53,831 nucleotides of DNA from Candidatus Kaiserbacteria bacterium (GCA_026713605.1 JAPOOC010000004.1:1-53831); one strand, 5' to 3'; shown: positions 19,597-28,561, numbered from the stretch's first letter. Notes: generated by a model not told the origin, from the letters alone. Made by a program: numbers and translations.

Positions 19597-19720
19597 GAGA
19601 GCAGTGCGGATCCGTCAGAGTCAGTAGTGTGTTGTCAAGGGGGTTAGGGGTAACTTTTACACAACGGCGGGGATAAAAAAATCCTATGGAATATAGACAT
19701 TTTTTGTTTTTGTGCAAAAT

Positions 19721-19780
19721 TGTGGAAAAAAGTGGGGATATGTGGAAATAAATGGTCTATAGTAGAAGCGTGGTGGGGAA
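19721..19780 (+). promoter_or_regulatory. MraZ operator boxes (GTGG repeats, 10-bp period)
   Basis: TGTGGAAAAA AGTGGGGATA TGTGGAAATA AATGG... upstream of mraZ, matching the known MraZ direct-repeat operator. Confidence 0.8.
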
Positions 19781-19801
19781 GAAGTACCCTCTTGCGTACC
19801 T

Positions 19802-20236
19802 ATGGAATTTTATTTGACAATGGACAAAAAGCGGCGATTTGCCGTTCCGACGAAGTGTCGGAAGATACTCGGTACGACATTAATTGTCAGCCGCGGTCTT
19901 GATAAGTGTCTGAATGTGTACGCAAGCAAAGTATGGGAGAGCGGAAAAACGAAAGCGCAGGAGTTAGATAGGCGACTTTCTATCAGCGCAAAGCACCGAA
20001 AGCTATCAAGATTTCTCACAACCGTTGAAGAGATCGCTGTTGATGGCTCCGGCAGAGTGTTGGTACCGGAACACCTTGCACAATTCGCTGACCTGAAAGA
20101 TACCATTGTGTTTGTGAGCACCGAAGAGGGTTTTCAAATATGGAGTTCACAAGAATGGGAGAACGAGGGTATGCCTGATCTGCATGAAGCACAGATGCTT
20201 GCCGAAGGAGAAGAGTTTCAAAAACTGAGTGACTAG
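19802..20236 (+). CDS. mraZ: transcriptional regulator MraZ
   Basis: Two SpoVT/AbrB repeats (DKKRRFAVP, DGSGRVLVP), SRGLDKCL; upstream of rsmH. Confidence 0.93.
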   Translation: MEFYLTMDKKRRFAVPTKCRKILGTTLIVSRGLDKCLNVYASKVWESGKTKAQELDRRLSISAKHRKLSRFLTTVEEIAVDGSGRVLVPEHLAQFADLKDTIVFVSTEEGFQIWSSQEWENEGMPDLHEAQMLAEGEEFQKLSD

Positions 20237-20241
20237 AAGGT

Positions 20242-21138
20242 ATGGAGACGCACACACCCGTACTCGTGCAGGAGGTGCTTGAGCAGATGGCGATTGCACC
20301 GAACGGTATCATGCTGGATGGCACGGTCGGACTCGGCGGTCACGCAAAACATCTGTTACGAGCAATGCAAGGCGGCGTGTTCGTGGGTATTGACGCAGAC
20401 CGGAATGCACTAACGAAAGCGCAGGAAAACCTCGCACCAGCACCAAAAGAGGTAACGGCACATTTTGTGGAAAGCAATTTTAGAGATATCGCAGCTATCA
20501 CAAAAGAGTTGGCACTGCCAGGATACGACAGAGTGCTACTTGATCTTGGATGGGGGAGCCATCAGTTACACAGCGGGAGAGGATTTTCCTTCGCACAGGA
20601 CGAGCCGCTACAGATGTGCTACAGCACCCAAGAAGGAGCATGCGTGGTAACGGCGTTTGATGTGGTCAACACCTTTGAGGAAAGCAACCTTGCGGACATC
20701 ATTAAGGGATACGGCGGAGAACGATGGGCGGTGCGCATAGCGAAGCATATTGTGGAAGAGCGCGAGACGGCACCAATCGCCACGACAAAAAAGCTTGCGG
20801 CAATTGTGGCAGGGGCAATACCGAGGCGACTACACCCGAGGCGACTACACCCAGCGACGAAGACCTTTCAGGCAATTCGCATGACGGTGAATGATGAAAT
20901 AAATACGCTCAAGCAGTTTCTTGAGGTACTACCGAAACACATGCGACCAGAAGGAAGGATCGCCATCATAGCGTTTCACAGCGGGGAAAGCAGAATAGTG
21001 AAACAAACATTTAAAAAATGGGAAGAGGAGGGTTTCGGAAAACGATATACAAAAAAAGCGCATAAACCGACAGAAGAAGAGTGCGCGCGCAATCCGCGAG
21101 CGCGGAGTGCAGTATTACGAACCTTTATTGTTACTTAA
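20242..21138 (+). CDS. rsmH: 16S rRNA m4C1402 methyltransferase
   Basis: HTPVL, DGTVGLGGH, DLGWGSHQL, RGFSF, HPATKTFQAIR, NPRARSA. Confidence 0.96.
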   Translation: METHTPVLVQEVLEQMAIAPNGIMLDGTVGLGGHAKHLLRAMQGGVFVGIDADRNALTKAQENLAPAPKEVTAHFVESNFRDIAAITKELALPGYDRVLLDLGWGSHQLHSGRGFSFAQDEPLQMCYSTQEGACVVTAFDVVNTFEESNLADIIKGYGGERWAVRIAKHIVEERETAPIATTKKLAAIVAGAIPRRLHPRRLHPATKTFQAIRMTVNDEINTLKQFLEVLPKHMRPEGRIAIIAFHSGESRIVKQTFKKWEEEGFGKRYTKKAHKPTEEECARNPRARSAVLRTFIVT

Positions 21139-21145
21139 AAATTAT

Positions 21146-21430
21146 ATGAAAAAAATAAAAAAAGTCAGTTTCATCCGTGGGGGCATCATAGGCAGCGTCA
21201 TTATCGGATGTATCGGGGTTATAGCGGCACATATGTATTTTGTATATATGAGTGGGCAGTATGTGAACATCGCGAGACAGACGGAGGAGGACATATATTT
21301 TGTACGGAATGAGATTGTGCAGATGGCAAGCGGTGGGGCAACGGGGGTAGATATGCATAGTATTGTCGCTTCGCACCTCGTCGTCGCAGAGCCGACAACG
21401 GTCTCATCTGGCTACACACCAGAGCATTAG
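21146..21430 (+). CDS. FtsL-like small membrane protein
   Basis: Single TM plus short helix, directly after mraZ-rsmH. Confidence 0.55.
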   Translation: MKKIKKVSFIRGGIIGSVIIGCIGVIAAHMYFVYMSGQYVNIARQTEEDIYFVRNEIVQMASGGATGVDMHSIVASHLVVAEPTTVSSGYTPEH

Positions 21431-21541
21431 TCAACATGCCACCGAAGGTGTTGACCTGCAGTATGTTGCCTGCCCTGCCGACAGGGTTAGTGGATAGCGA
21501 GTCGGTTGTATCAGTTTGCGGTATGGTATACTACAGACACT

Positions 21542-22060
21542 ATGTTAAAGATACGATTACAGCGCATCGGTCGGCGGAATAATCCGTCGTATCGGGTGGT
21601 AGTGGTGGAATCCACGGTAGCGGCGCGAAAAGGGAAGCCAGTTGAACTGTTGGGGACATACGACACAATACGAAAGACAACCTCATTGAACAATGAGCGG
21701 ATACAGCATTGGCTATCAGTCGGAGCGCAAGCATCAGACACGATGCACAACATTTTGATCAAGAATGGTGTAATAGAGGGAGTTGCCGTCAACACATTGC
21801 CGAAGAAGAGTCCAGTGAAAAAGAAAAAAGATGCAGCCGACGGCGCAGAAGCAGAGCAGAAAAGTGAAGCGCAGGCAAGTACAGGTGATGCTCCTAAGGA
21901 CACAGCAGAACCAGCAGAACCAGCGGGCGACACAAAGGATGAGGCGCCAAAGCAGGAGGTCAAGACAGCAGAACAAAGCAATACAGATGACACCGCTGAC
22001 ACCGATGCAGAAAAACCATCTTCACCCCCTCCACAAGACACTCCTTCTACGGAAGGATGA
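21542..22060 (+). CDS. rpsP: 30S ribosomal protein S16 with long low-complexity C-terminal tail
   Basis: MLKIRLQRIGRRNNPSYRVVV...ELLGTYD...WLSVGAQASDT. Confidence 0.96.
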   Translation: MLKIRLQRIGRRNNPSYRVVVVESTVAARKGKPVELLGTYDTIRKTTSLNNERIQHWLSVGAQASDTMHNILIKNGVIEGVAVNTLPKKSPVKKKKDAADGAEAEQKSEAQASTGDAPKDTAEPAEPAGDTKDEAPKQEVKTAEQSNTDDTADTDAEKPSSPPPQDTPSTEG

Positions 22061-22091
22061 AATAGTTATTGTTTACTAAAAATAGAAAAGT

Positions 22092-22358
22092 ATGACACAA
22101 GAAAAAGAAGAGGCACAGTTTCTCAGAGAAATTATTCAGAGAATTGTTGACAACCCCGACAAAGTTACGGTCGAGCATGAAGTTGATAAACAGGGGGTGA
22201 AATTAACACTCAATGTTGACTCAAGTGACATGGGGAAAGTTATTGGCGCGCAGGGAAGGATGGCAACCGCAATCCGAACAATTATGCACGCATACGGAGG
22301 TCAGCATGAAGCAAAGGTGAGCGTTATCATAGAAGAGCCAGAGAAGAACGAGATGTAA
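22092..22358 (+). CDS. khpA: KH-domain RNA-binding protein
   Basis: IVDNPD...DMGKVIGAQGRMATAIRTI; follows rpsP. Confidence 0.9.
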   Translation: MTQEKEEAQFLREIIQRIVDNPDKVTVEHEVDKQGVKLTLNVDSSDMGKVIGAQGRMATAIRTIMHAYGGQHEAKVSVIIEEPEKNEM

Positions 22359-22368
22359 GGACTGCTCT

Positions 22369-23007
22369 ATGTTACGGGCACACATTATAACTTTGTTTCC
22401 GGAGGTTTGTACACCATATTTCCAATGTTCTATCTTAGGGAGAGCGGTGAAAGAAAACATAATTGACATACGGTATTACAACCCTATTGATGAGGTGCCA
22501 CTACTGAAGCGTGTTGATAGCCGGCAATACGGCGGAGGACCGGGTATGGTTCTCAAAGCAGAACCATACCTTCGGTGCTTTAACAAAACAAAACAGCACG
22601 AGGGGACGAGGAAAGCAATTTTCCTCACTCCTGGTGGTGTTTTGTTTACGCAGGAAAAAGCGAAAGAATACGCACAGTATGAAAACCTTATTTTTTTCTG
22701 CGGACATTATGAAGGTGTCGATGAGCGAGTCGCCGAGGCAACGAATGCGGAGCATGTGTCTATCGGCGACTATATTCTCACCGGCGGTGAGCTACCCGCA
22801 ATGAGCATCATTGATGCGACAGCGCGGGAGTTACCCGGCATCTTGGGAAATGAAACCTCCCGAGAAGATGCCAGAGTGGCGAGCAGAAAAGTGTATACTC
22901 GTCCGGAATCACTCGAATATGAGGGAAAAACCTATAGCGTACCAGAGGTATTGCGCTCAGGACATCATAAAAATATAGACGAATACCGGCAAGGGCTTGA
23001 CAGGTAG
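22369..23007 (+). CDS. trmD: tRNA (guanine-N1)-methyltransferase
   Basis: ITLFPE, YGGGPGMV, CGHYEGVDER, SIGDYILTGGELPA. Confidence 0.97.
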   Translation: MLRAHIITLFPEVCTPYFQCSILGRAVKENIIDIRYYNPIDEVPLLKRVDSRQYGGGPGMVLKAEPYLRCFNKTKQHEGTRKAIFLTPGGVLFTQEKAKEYAQYENLIFFCGHYEGVDERVAEATNAEHVSIGDYILTGGELPAMSIIDATARELPGILGNETSREDARVASRKVYTRPESLEYEGKTYSVPEVLRSGHHKNIDEYRQGLDR

Positions 23008-23087
23008 GGTGCAAGATGTTGCAATCTGGTTTTACACAGCACTCTTGTGCAGATGTTTTTTAGTGTGGTAGAATTAACATACCCACT

Positions 23088-23312
23088 GTGATAAAACAAA
23101 AGAAGAGCAATCAAACGGAAGTAGTAGGAAGTGTTGACGAAACACTGCCGAATATGCTATTCCGGGTAACAGTGGAACAAACAAACGAGCAGACACTCGC
23201 GTATCTGTCGGGACGCATGCGAATGAATCGCATTAATGTCCTTGTGGGTGATAAGGTGTCTCTTGTGCTAGATCCACATGGCGGTAGAGCAAGAATCACA
23301 AAACGCCTGTAA
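23088..23312 (+). CDS. infA: translation initiation factor IF-1
   Basis: ETLPNMLFRV...LAYLSGRMRMNRI..LVGDKV. Confidence 0.96.
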   Translation: MIKQKKSNQTEVVGSVDETLPNMLFRVTVEQTNEQTLAYLSGRMRMNRINVLVGDKVSLVLDPHGGRARITKRL

Positions 23313-23354
23313 GAGTGATAGATAGCACAGCATAACCACACCATAGTTTAGTGT

Positions 23355-23540
23355 ATGAAGGTCAGAACCTCCATTAAGGAAAAAGATAAAAATGATCAGA
23401 TAGTGCGTCGGAAGGGTCGTCTGTACCTCATTAATAAGACAAATCCTCGCAGGAAGATGCGGCAGAAGGCAAGTCCAAAAGGAAAAACACAGAAGCGACG
23501 ACGACCGACCGCTCACAGAAAGCGGAGAAAGAAAAAATAA
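23355..23540 (+). CDS. rpmJ: 50S ribosomal protein L36 (Zn-free type, basic C-terminal extension)
   Basis: MKVRTSIK...[22 protein letters not shown]. Confidence 0.93.
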   Translation: MKVRTSIKEKDKNDQIVRRKGRLYLINKTNPRRKMRQKASPKGKTQKRRRPTAHRKRRKKK

Positions 23541-23555
23541 CACAGTTAGTTTAGT

Positions 23556-23933
23556 ATGCGTATTGTTGGCGTAAATATACCTGAAAAAAAACATTTAAGA
23601 ATTGCGCTTACGGCGGTGTATGGCATCGGTCAATCCCGCGCGAAGAGTATTCTGGAAGAGTTATCTATAAACCCGACCAATACGGTGGGGGATTTGAATG
23701 CAGATCAAGAAACTGCTGTGCGTAAAAAGATTGAAGAATTTACCGTTGAGGGCGATTTGCGTCGATCATCTGCGCAGGATATCAAACGACTGAAAGACAT
23801 AAAAACCTTGCGTGGGTACCTACATGGTGTCGGATTGCCAGTTCGTGGACAACGGACAAAGACAAATGCGCGAACAAGAAAGGGGCCAAGAAAGACCATG
23901 GGATCAGGTCGAGTGAAGTTGCAGAAAAAGTAG
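23556..23933 (+). CDS. rpsM: 30S ribosomal protein S13
   Basis: RIVGVNIP...GLPVRGQRTKTNARTRKG. Confidence 0.98.
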   Translation: MRIVGVNIPEKKHLRIALTAVYGIGQSRAKSILEELSINPTNTVGDLNADQETAVRKKIEEFTVEGDLRRSSAQDIKRLKDIKTLRGYLHGVGLPVRGQRTKTNARTRKGPRKTMGSGRVKLQKK

Positions 23934-23934
23934 T

Positions 23935-24372
23935 ATGGGAAAAAAGCGAACAGCAAATAAAGTGGAGCAGAATAGGAGTGATTCTGGAAAGCGCACGAGG
24001 GTACTATCTAAGATTCCGAAAAAGAAGATCAGCAGAGGTGTTGTCTTTGTTGAGGCAACTTTTAATAATACCAAAGTACTCTTCACTGAGCCAGGCGGCA
24101 ATGTGGTGATGTGGGTAACCAGCAGCACGCTCGGCTTCAGCAGCGCAAAAAAAGCAACACCGTATGCGGCAGCAAAAGTTGCTGAAGCAATCGCTGAAAA
24201 GGCAATGGCAATAGGGGTGAAAGATATAGATATCATTGTAAAAGGAGTGGGAAGCGGAAGAGAGTCAGCACTCCGTTCATTTCTAAACCGAGGGTTTGTT
24301 GTACACTCCATTCGCGATAGGACGCCAGTGCCACATAACGGCCCAAGGCGCAAAAAGCCAAGGCGCGTGTAA
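23935..24372 (+). CDS. rpsK: 30S ribosomal protein S11
   Basis: ATFNNT...KKATPYAA...GSGRESALR...TPVPHNG. Confidence 0.98.
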   Translation: MGKKRTANKVEQNRSDSGKRTRVLSKIPKKKISRGVVFVEATFNNTKVLFTEPGGNVVMWVTSSTLGFSSAKKATPYAAAKVAEAIAEKAMAIGVKDIDIIVKGVGSGRESALRSFLNRGFVVHSIRDRTPVPHNGPRRKKPRRV

Positions 24373-24404
24373 CAAACACAACTGGGCGGGTATCATCACA
24401 GGGT

Positions 24405-25004
24405 ATGAAGAAAGTAAAAAAACATAAAATCAGCAGGCGACTGCAAGCACCACTGTTTGAAAATTGTCAAACACAGAAATTTGCTCTGCGTGAGCAACGG
24501 CGTGTTCCAAAGCGACGCAGAAGGTCGGCATCTGAGTATGGCAAGCAATTAGCCGAAAAACAGAAAATGCGCTACCTATACAGCGTCTCAGAGCGAGTAT
24601 TGAAAAACTATGTGAAAAAGGCGGTTGCGAACCAAAAAGCGTCAGCCGAGGAAGCACTCGCCGAGGTGGTAGAACGACGGTTGGACAATGTGGTGTACCA
24701 GCTCAATCTAGTGCCGACCAGGCGCATGGCGCGACAGCTCGTCTCCCACGGCCACTTTACGATAAATGGCAGGAAAACAACCGTCCCATCATACCAGGTG
24801 CGTGACACAGACACGGTCGGAATCCGGGAAGGGAGCACAAAAACAAAACTTTTTGAGGTGTTGCTTGCCGGAAACACAACGAAGTCACGCGTAGGGTGGG
24901 CTTCTTGGGATAGCAAGGCGCGCCAAGGCACGATCACCGGAAAACCAGTGATTGGCGAAACGGTATTTTCAATCCCGTCAATTCTTGAGTACTATTCCCG
25001 CTAA
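24405..25004 (+). CDS. rpsD: 30S ribosomal protein S4
   Basis: SEYGKQLAEKQK, ERRLDNVVY, ARQLVSHGH, EYYSR. Confidence 0.98.
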   Translation: MKKVKKHKISRRLQAPLFENCQTQKFALREQRRVPKRRRRSASEYGKQLAEKQKMRYLYSVSERVLKNYVKKAVANQKASAEEALAEVVERRLDNVVYQLNLVPTRRMARQLVSHGHFTINGRKTTVPSYQVRDTDTVGIREGSTKTKLFEVLLAGNTTKSRVGWASWDSKARQGTITGKPVIGETVFSIPSILEYYSR

Positions 25005-25028
25005 ATTACAAATAAACATTTTTATATT

Positions 25029-25976
25029 ATGACAGAGTATATTAACATCGCTATTCCCTCCAAGCCAGAGATAGTACAGGAAACAGACACAGAGGGAACA
25101 TATGAGATCTCAAGCTTATACCCCGGATACGGAAACACGCTCGGCAACGCCCTGCGAAGGATGCTACTGTCCTCAATACCGGGAGTGGCAATTACCACCA
25201 TACGCATACAGGGGGTGCCGCACGAGTTTTCAGCACTGGATGGGATCAAGCAGGACGCACTCACCGTTATCGTGAATATGAAAAATATTCGCGTCAAGGC
25301 GAATACAGACACCTTCCCACAACGAATAGCATTGAAGAAGAAAGGAAAAGGTGTTGTTACTGCCGGGGACTTTGAAGCGCCGTCGCAGGTTGAAGTGATA
25401 AATAAGGATTTAGTCATAGCGGAGATCGCTGACGACAAAACAGAGTTACAGATAGAGGCAGATATACAACAAGGCATCGGCTTTCGCCCTCGAGAAGATT
25501 TTTCTGACGATTCAGAGGTCGGGTCAATTGTCGTGGATGCGATATTCTCCCCAGTGAAGCGGTCGTCGTATGAAGTAGAAAATATGCGAGTCGGCGAGAG
25601 AACCGATTTTAACCGCCTCTCTCTATTTATTGAAACTGACGGAACCATCACGCCCCGTGAGGCACTGGAAAAGGCACTGCGCACTATGCTAACACAGTTT
25701 GAGGCAATGCTTGGCTTCCAGTCAGAAAATAAAGAAAAAATGAAAGAAATAGAGCAGGAAGCAAATGAAAACATGAAGGTGATTGCAATACAGGATTTGG
25801 ATCTGAGTGCCACCATTGTGAACGCACTAGAAAAAAACAATATACAAACCGTTATGGACTTGCTGAAAAAGGGAGCAGCCGGTATTCGGGAGATACCTGG
25901 CATCGGCACGAAAGCGGTTGAGGAGATCACCGAGCGCCTTGAAGGGCGAGGGATAATCCTGAAAGACGGAGAGTAA
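25029..25976 (+). CDS. rpoA: RNA polymerase alpha subunit
   Basis: PGYGNTLGNALRRMLLSSIPG, HEFS, VDAIFSPV. Confidence 0.98.
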   Translation: MTEYINIAIPSKPEIVQETDTEGTYEISSLYPGYGNTLGNALRRMLLSSIPGVAITTIRIQGVPHEFSALDGIKQDALTVIVNMKNIRVKANTDTFPQRIALKKKGKGVVTAGDFEAPSQVEVINKDLVIAEIADDKTELQIEADIQQGIGFRPREDFSDDSEVGSIVVDAIFSPVKRSSYEVENMRVGERTDFNRLSLFIETDGTITPREALEKALRTMLTQFEAMLGFQSENKEKMKEIEQEANENMKVIAIQDLDLSATIVNALEKNNIQTVMDLLKKGAAGIREIPGIGTKAVEEITERLEGRGIILKDGE

Positions 25977-25986
25977 CACAAACACC

Positions 25987-26340
25987 ATGGCATACCACAA
26001 AAGAGGGAGAAAATTTGGGAGAAAAAGAGATCAACGAAAGCAGCTGATGCGCTCTCTCGCGCGATCTGTTATACTACATATGCGGGTTCAAACCACAGAA
26101 GCACGCGCAAAAAGTATTCGCCCCTACCTTGAGAAAATTGTCACCAAGGCGGCAGTCAATGACTTGTCGACCAGGAGATTGCTATTGAGTCGTTTCAATA
26201 ATGACAAAATAGTGGTAAAAAAGTTACTTGAAGAGTTGGGGCCGAAATACAAAGAGCGAAACGGTGGGTACACCCGCATCACCAAGGTTGAATCTCGCCC
26301 GGGTTCGGGGCGGACAGTTGCGGTGATTGAGTTTGTATAA
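25987..26340 (+). CDS. rplQ: 50S ribosomal protein L17
   Basis: RKFGR...TTEARAK...YKERNGGYTRI. Confidence 0.97.
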   Translation: MAYHKRGRKFGRKRDQRKQLMRSLARSVILHMRVQTTEARAKSIRPYLEKIVTKAAVNDLSTRRLLLSRFNNDKIVVKKLLEELGPKYKERNGGYTRITKVESRPGSGRTVAVIEFV

Positions 26341-26348
26341 AAAGCAGT

Positions 26349-26708
26349 ATGGTAAACACACAAGAAAAAATAAGCATCAACGCAGCAGGGAAACGGCTCG
26401 GTTGTCTCGCATCTGAAATAGCGAATATGCTGAACGGTAAGCACACACCGGCATATGCGCCGAATAAAGCCCCCAATGTAGTGGTGGAGGTCTCCAATGC
26501 CGCACAGATGCAAATATCTGAAAAGAAAAAGGACAATAAAATATATGAGCGGTACACCGGATACTTTGGCGGGAGAAAAGAAATAACACTCGCGCAACTC
26601 ATAGAGAAGAAAGGGTATGGTGAAGCATTGCGCAAGGCAGTATATGGTATGTTGCCGGGCAATCGTTTGCGAAAAGTAAAGATGAAAAAATTACAGATTA
26701 ACGAATAA
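26349..26708 (+). CDS. rplM: 50S ribosomal protein L13
   Basis: LGCLASEIA..LNGKHTP...YTGYFGG...AVYGMLP. Confidence 0.96.
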   Translation: MVNTQEKISINAAGKRLGCLASEIANMLNGKHTPAYAPNKAPNVVVEVSNAAQMQISEKKKDNKIYERYTGYFGGRKEITLAQLIEKKGYGEALRKAVYGMLPGNRLRKVKMKKLQINE

Positions 26709-26712
26709 TAGT

Positions 26713-27126
26713 ATGTTAGAGAATCAAATAGAACGAGGGGGGTACATAGAAACCGTCGGACGGAGGAAAACCGCCGTCGCACGAGTACGCATTTCTAAGC
26801 TCGCAAGGGGGATCGTGGTAAACGGCAAGCCGATAGAGCAGTATCTGCCAACGCAGGAATTGGTCAAGACAGCAATGCAACCATTCCACGAAAAGGAGGC
26901 GTACAAAGAGTTCCTCGGGGCAACGGTGATCGTTAAAGGTGGCGGTTCATCAGCGCAAGCAGAGGCGATACGCCACGCACTGACCCGTGCATTTGTCGCG
27001 CATGAACCCACGGATAGAAAATTTTTCAAAGATTTAGGGTTTTTGACACGAGACCAGCGGAAGAAAGAACGGAAGAAGTTCGGCCTCAAAAAAGCCCGCC
27101 GCGCACCACAGTGGAGTAAGAGGTAG
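26713..27126 (+). CDS. rpsI: 30S ribosomal protein S9
   Basis: GRRKTAVARV...KERKKFGLKKARRAPQWSKR. Confidence 0.98.
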   Translation: MLENQIERGGYIETVGRRKTAVARVRISKLARGIVVNGKPIEQYLPTQELVKTAMQPFHEKEAYKEFLGATVIVKGGGSSAQAEAIRHALTRAFVAHEPTDRKFFKDLGFLTRDQRKKERKKFGLKKARRAPQWSKR

Positions 27127-27254
27127 CGGTCATATGTCTATCAGATCTCCAAAGATAGCAAATACCTTATACCACAAGAGGCTCCGCAACATTTTTTCCA
27201 AAGCATTAAAAAACCCTATAAAATCAAGACCTTCTCCCATAATCTAGCCATAAG

Positions 27255-27339
27255 GCAAAAATATAGAACACCAAACACTCTATTCGTTTCATTTTAATGA
27301 AAACGAAATCATCTTGTGTTTGGTGTTCTATATTTTTGC
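27255..27339. repeat. perfect 24-bp inverted repeat enclosing a 37-nt spacer
   Basis: GCAAAAATATAGAACACCAAACAC (27255-27278) / GTGTTTGGTGTTCTATATTTTTGC (27316-27339). Confidence 0.92.
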
Positions 27340-27351
27340 AAGGAGAAAAAA

Positions 27352-27792
27352 ATGGCAGCAAAAGTGAAACACCTACACAACTCCCAGCTCCGAGGGTTAG
27401 CGGGCGGCACTAGCCGCATCGCTAAAGATGCGGCACGGGAATTGGCGCGCCGCGCGGAGCAGCGCGAACAAATTCGAAAAGAGGCAAACTGCCGTGGACA
27501 TGTTTGGACACGCCACATGCGCCCCGCATATCCCGGTATGCGGGGTATAGAGGTGCAGGGAAGCCGTGTGCGGTGCGAGTCCTGCGACACGCATAGAAAC
27601 CTGCACATCGGGTGCTGCGACGACCCGCGGATAGAGGAAATCGTCCCGGAAGGGGACGATTTTCTCTGCTCCTGCAGGAGCTGCGGAGAGATTAGCATTG
27701 CCACTCTCTCCAAGAGAGAAATGAGACCTGCGTCCAGGAAAAGGTGGCACTCAACAACGAGGACCTATCAGCGCAGGGATAGGCACTCGTAA
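27352..27792 (+). CDS. small basic Cys/His-rich (putative Zn-binding) protein
   Basis: SD AAGGAG at 27340; CRGH, CESC, CC and CSCRSC motifs; GC-rich. Confidence 0.7.
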   Translation: MAAKVKHLHNSQLRGLAGGTSRIAKDAARELARRAEQREQIRKEANCRGHVWTRHMRPAYPGMRGIEVQGSRVRCESCDTHRNLHIGCCDDPRIEEIVPEGDDFLCSCRSCGEISIATLSKREMRPASRKRWHSTTRTYQRRDRHS

Positions 27793-27824
27793 AAAAAAGG
27801 CCGTGAGGATTGGCCTTAAACCTC

Positions 27825-27857
27825 AAACCCACAGTTGAAAAAAACTGTGGGTTTTTT
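27825..27857 (+). terminator. intrinsic terminator
   Basis: AAACCCACAGTT-loop-AACTGTGGGTTT-TTT between convergent genes. Confidence 0.75.
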
Positions 27858-27913
27858 GTATGCCCACACCTCACCTGAGGTGATTATACAAGGAAAACGC
27901 ACCTTGTTCCTTG

Positions 27914-28410
27914 TTAATGAGACCACTGCCTATCCCTCTTCTTCTGACCGTGTCGCCTCTTATGATCCATACGGCTTTGTGCTGCCCGGTTTCGTTTGCG
28001 CTGTATTTTTTCCCTTTTCCTCTCTCTTTCCTCTTCTGATTTTTCATTTGGGTGAGGGTTCAGCACCTTTTCAATTGCATTATTCAATCGCTTGAAAGCG
28101 GCTTTCTCATTCTGTTCTTACTCTTAAATTGTTTTGCGCGTATGATAATATCTCCCGCTTCATTCATTTTCACAAGAGCGTTAAGTGCGTCCGCCCTGTC
28201 CTGAACTTCCGGACTCAGGTACATAATGTTAACACGCATATCAACAGCTGTTTTGTTTCTGTTTACATTTTGTCCACCGCTTTTTGAGCCAGGGTTAATC
28301 GGGGTGAGGACAATATCCCTATCTCGCAAATGCGCTAAATGCGGATACTTCTTATACTCCGCAACCGCTCTGTGCTCAACACGATTAAGGTTAAAAAACT
28401 TACTCTTCAT
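27914..28410 (-). pseudogene. arfB: alternative ribosome-rescue factor B, frameshifted by a 1-nt deletion near 28119
   Basis: GGQNVN motif in frame 0; the shifted frame continues EQNEKAAFKRLN...RMDHKRRHGQKKRDR* (ArfB basic tail). Length 497 nt = 3n-1. Confidence 0.8.
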
Positions 28411-28462
28411 AATACTACACATAGTATGCTCTGGTATTTCAGATCTATTGTGTGGTGTGTGG

Positions 28463-28505
28463 AAAAACAATACAGCCCCGAGGATTACTCCTCAGGGCTG
28501 TATTG
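28463..28505 (-). terminator. intrinsic terminator
   Basis: Minus strand CAATACAGCCCTGAGGA-GTAA-TCCTCGGGGCTGTATTG-TTTTT. Confidence 0.8.
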
Positions 28506-28561
28506 CTGTACTGTAATATCGTTTTCAGATAGGTAGCACCTAGTCACAGTTTCGTTCAGGA

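Noticed and set aside
25022-25993. Long antisense ORFs (also 3973-4785, 6219-6983, 38970-39893, 44912-46138)
   Set aside because: Shadow frames opposite well-conserved genes, with Ser/Phe-rich composition and no motifs.
27255-27339. Possible retron a1/a2 inverted repeat
   Set aside because: No reverse transcriptase nearby, and the enclosed segment is only 37 nt.
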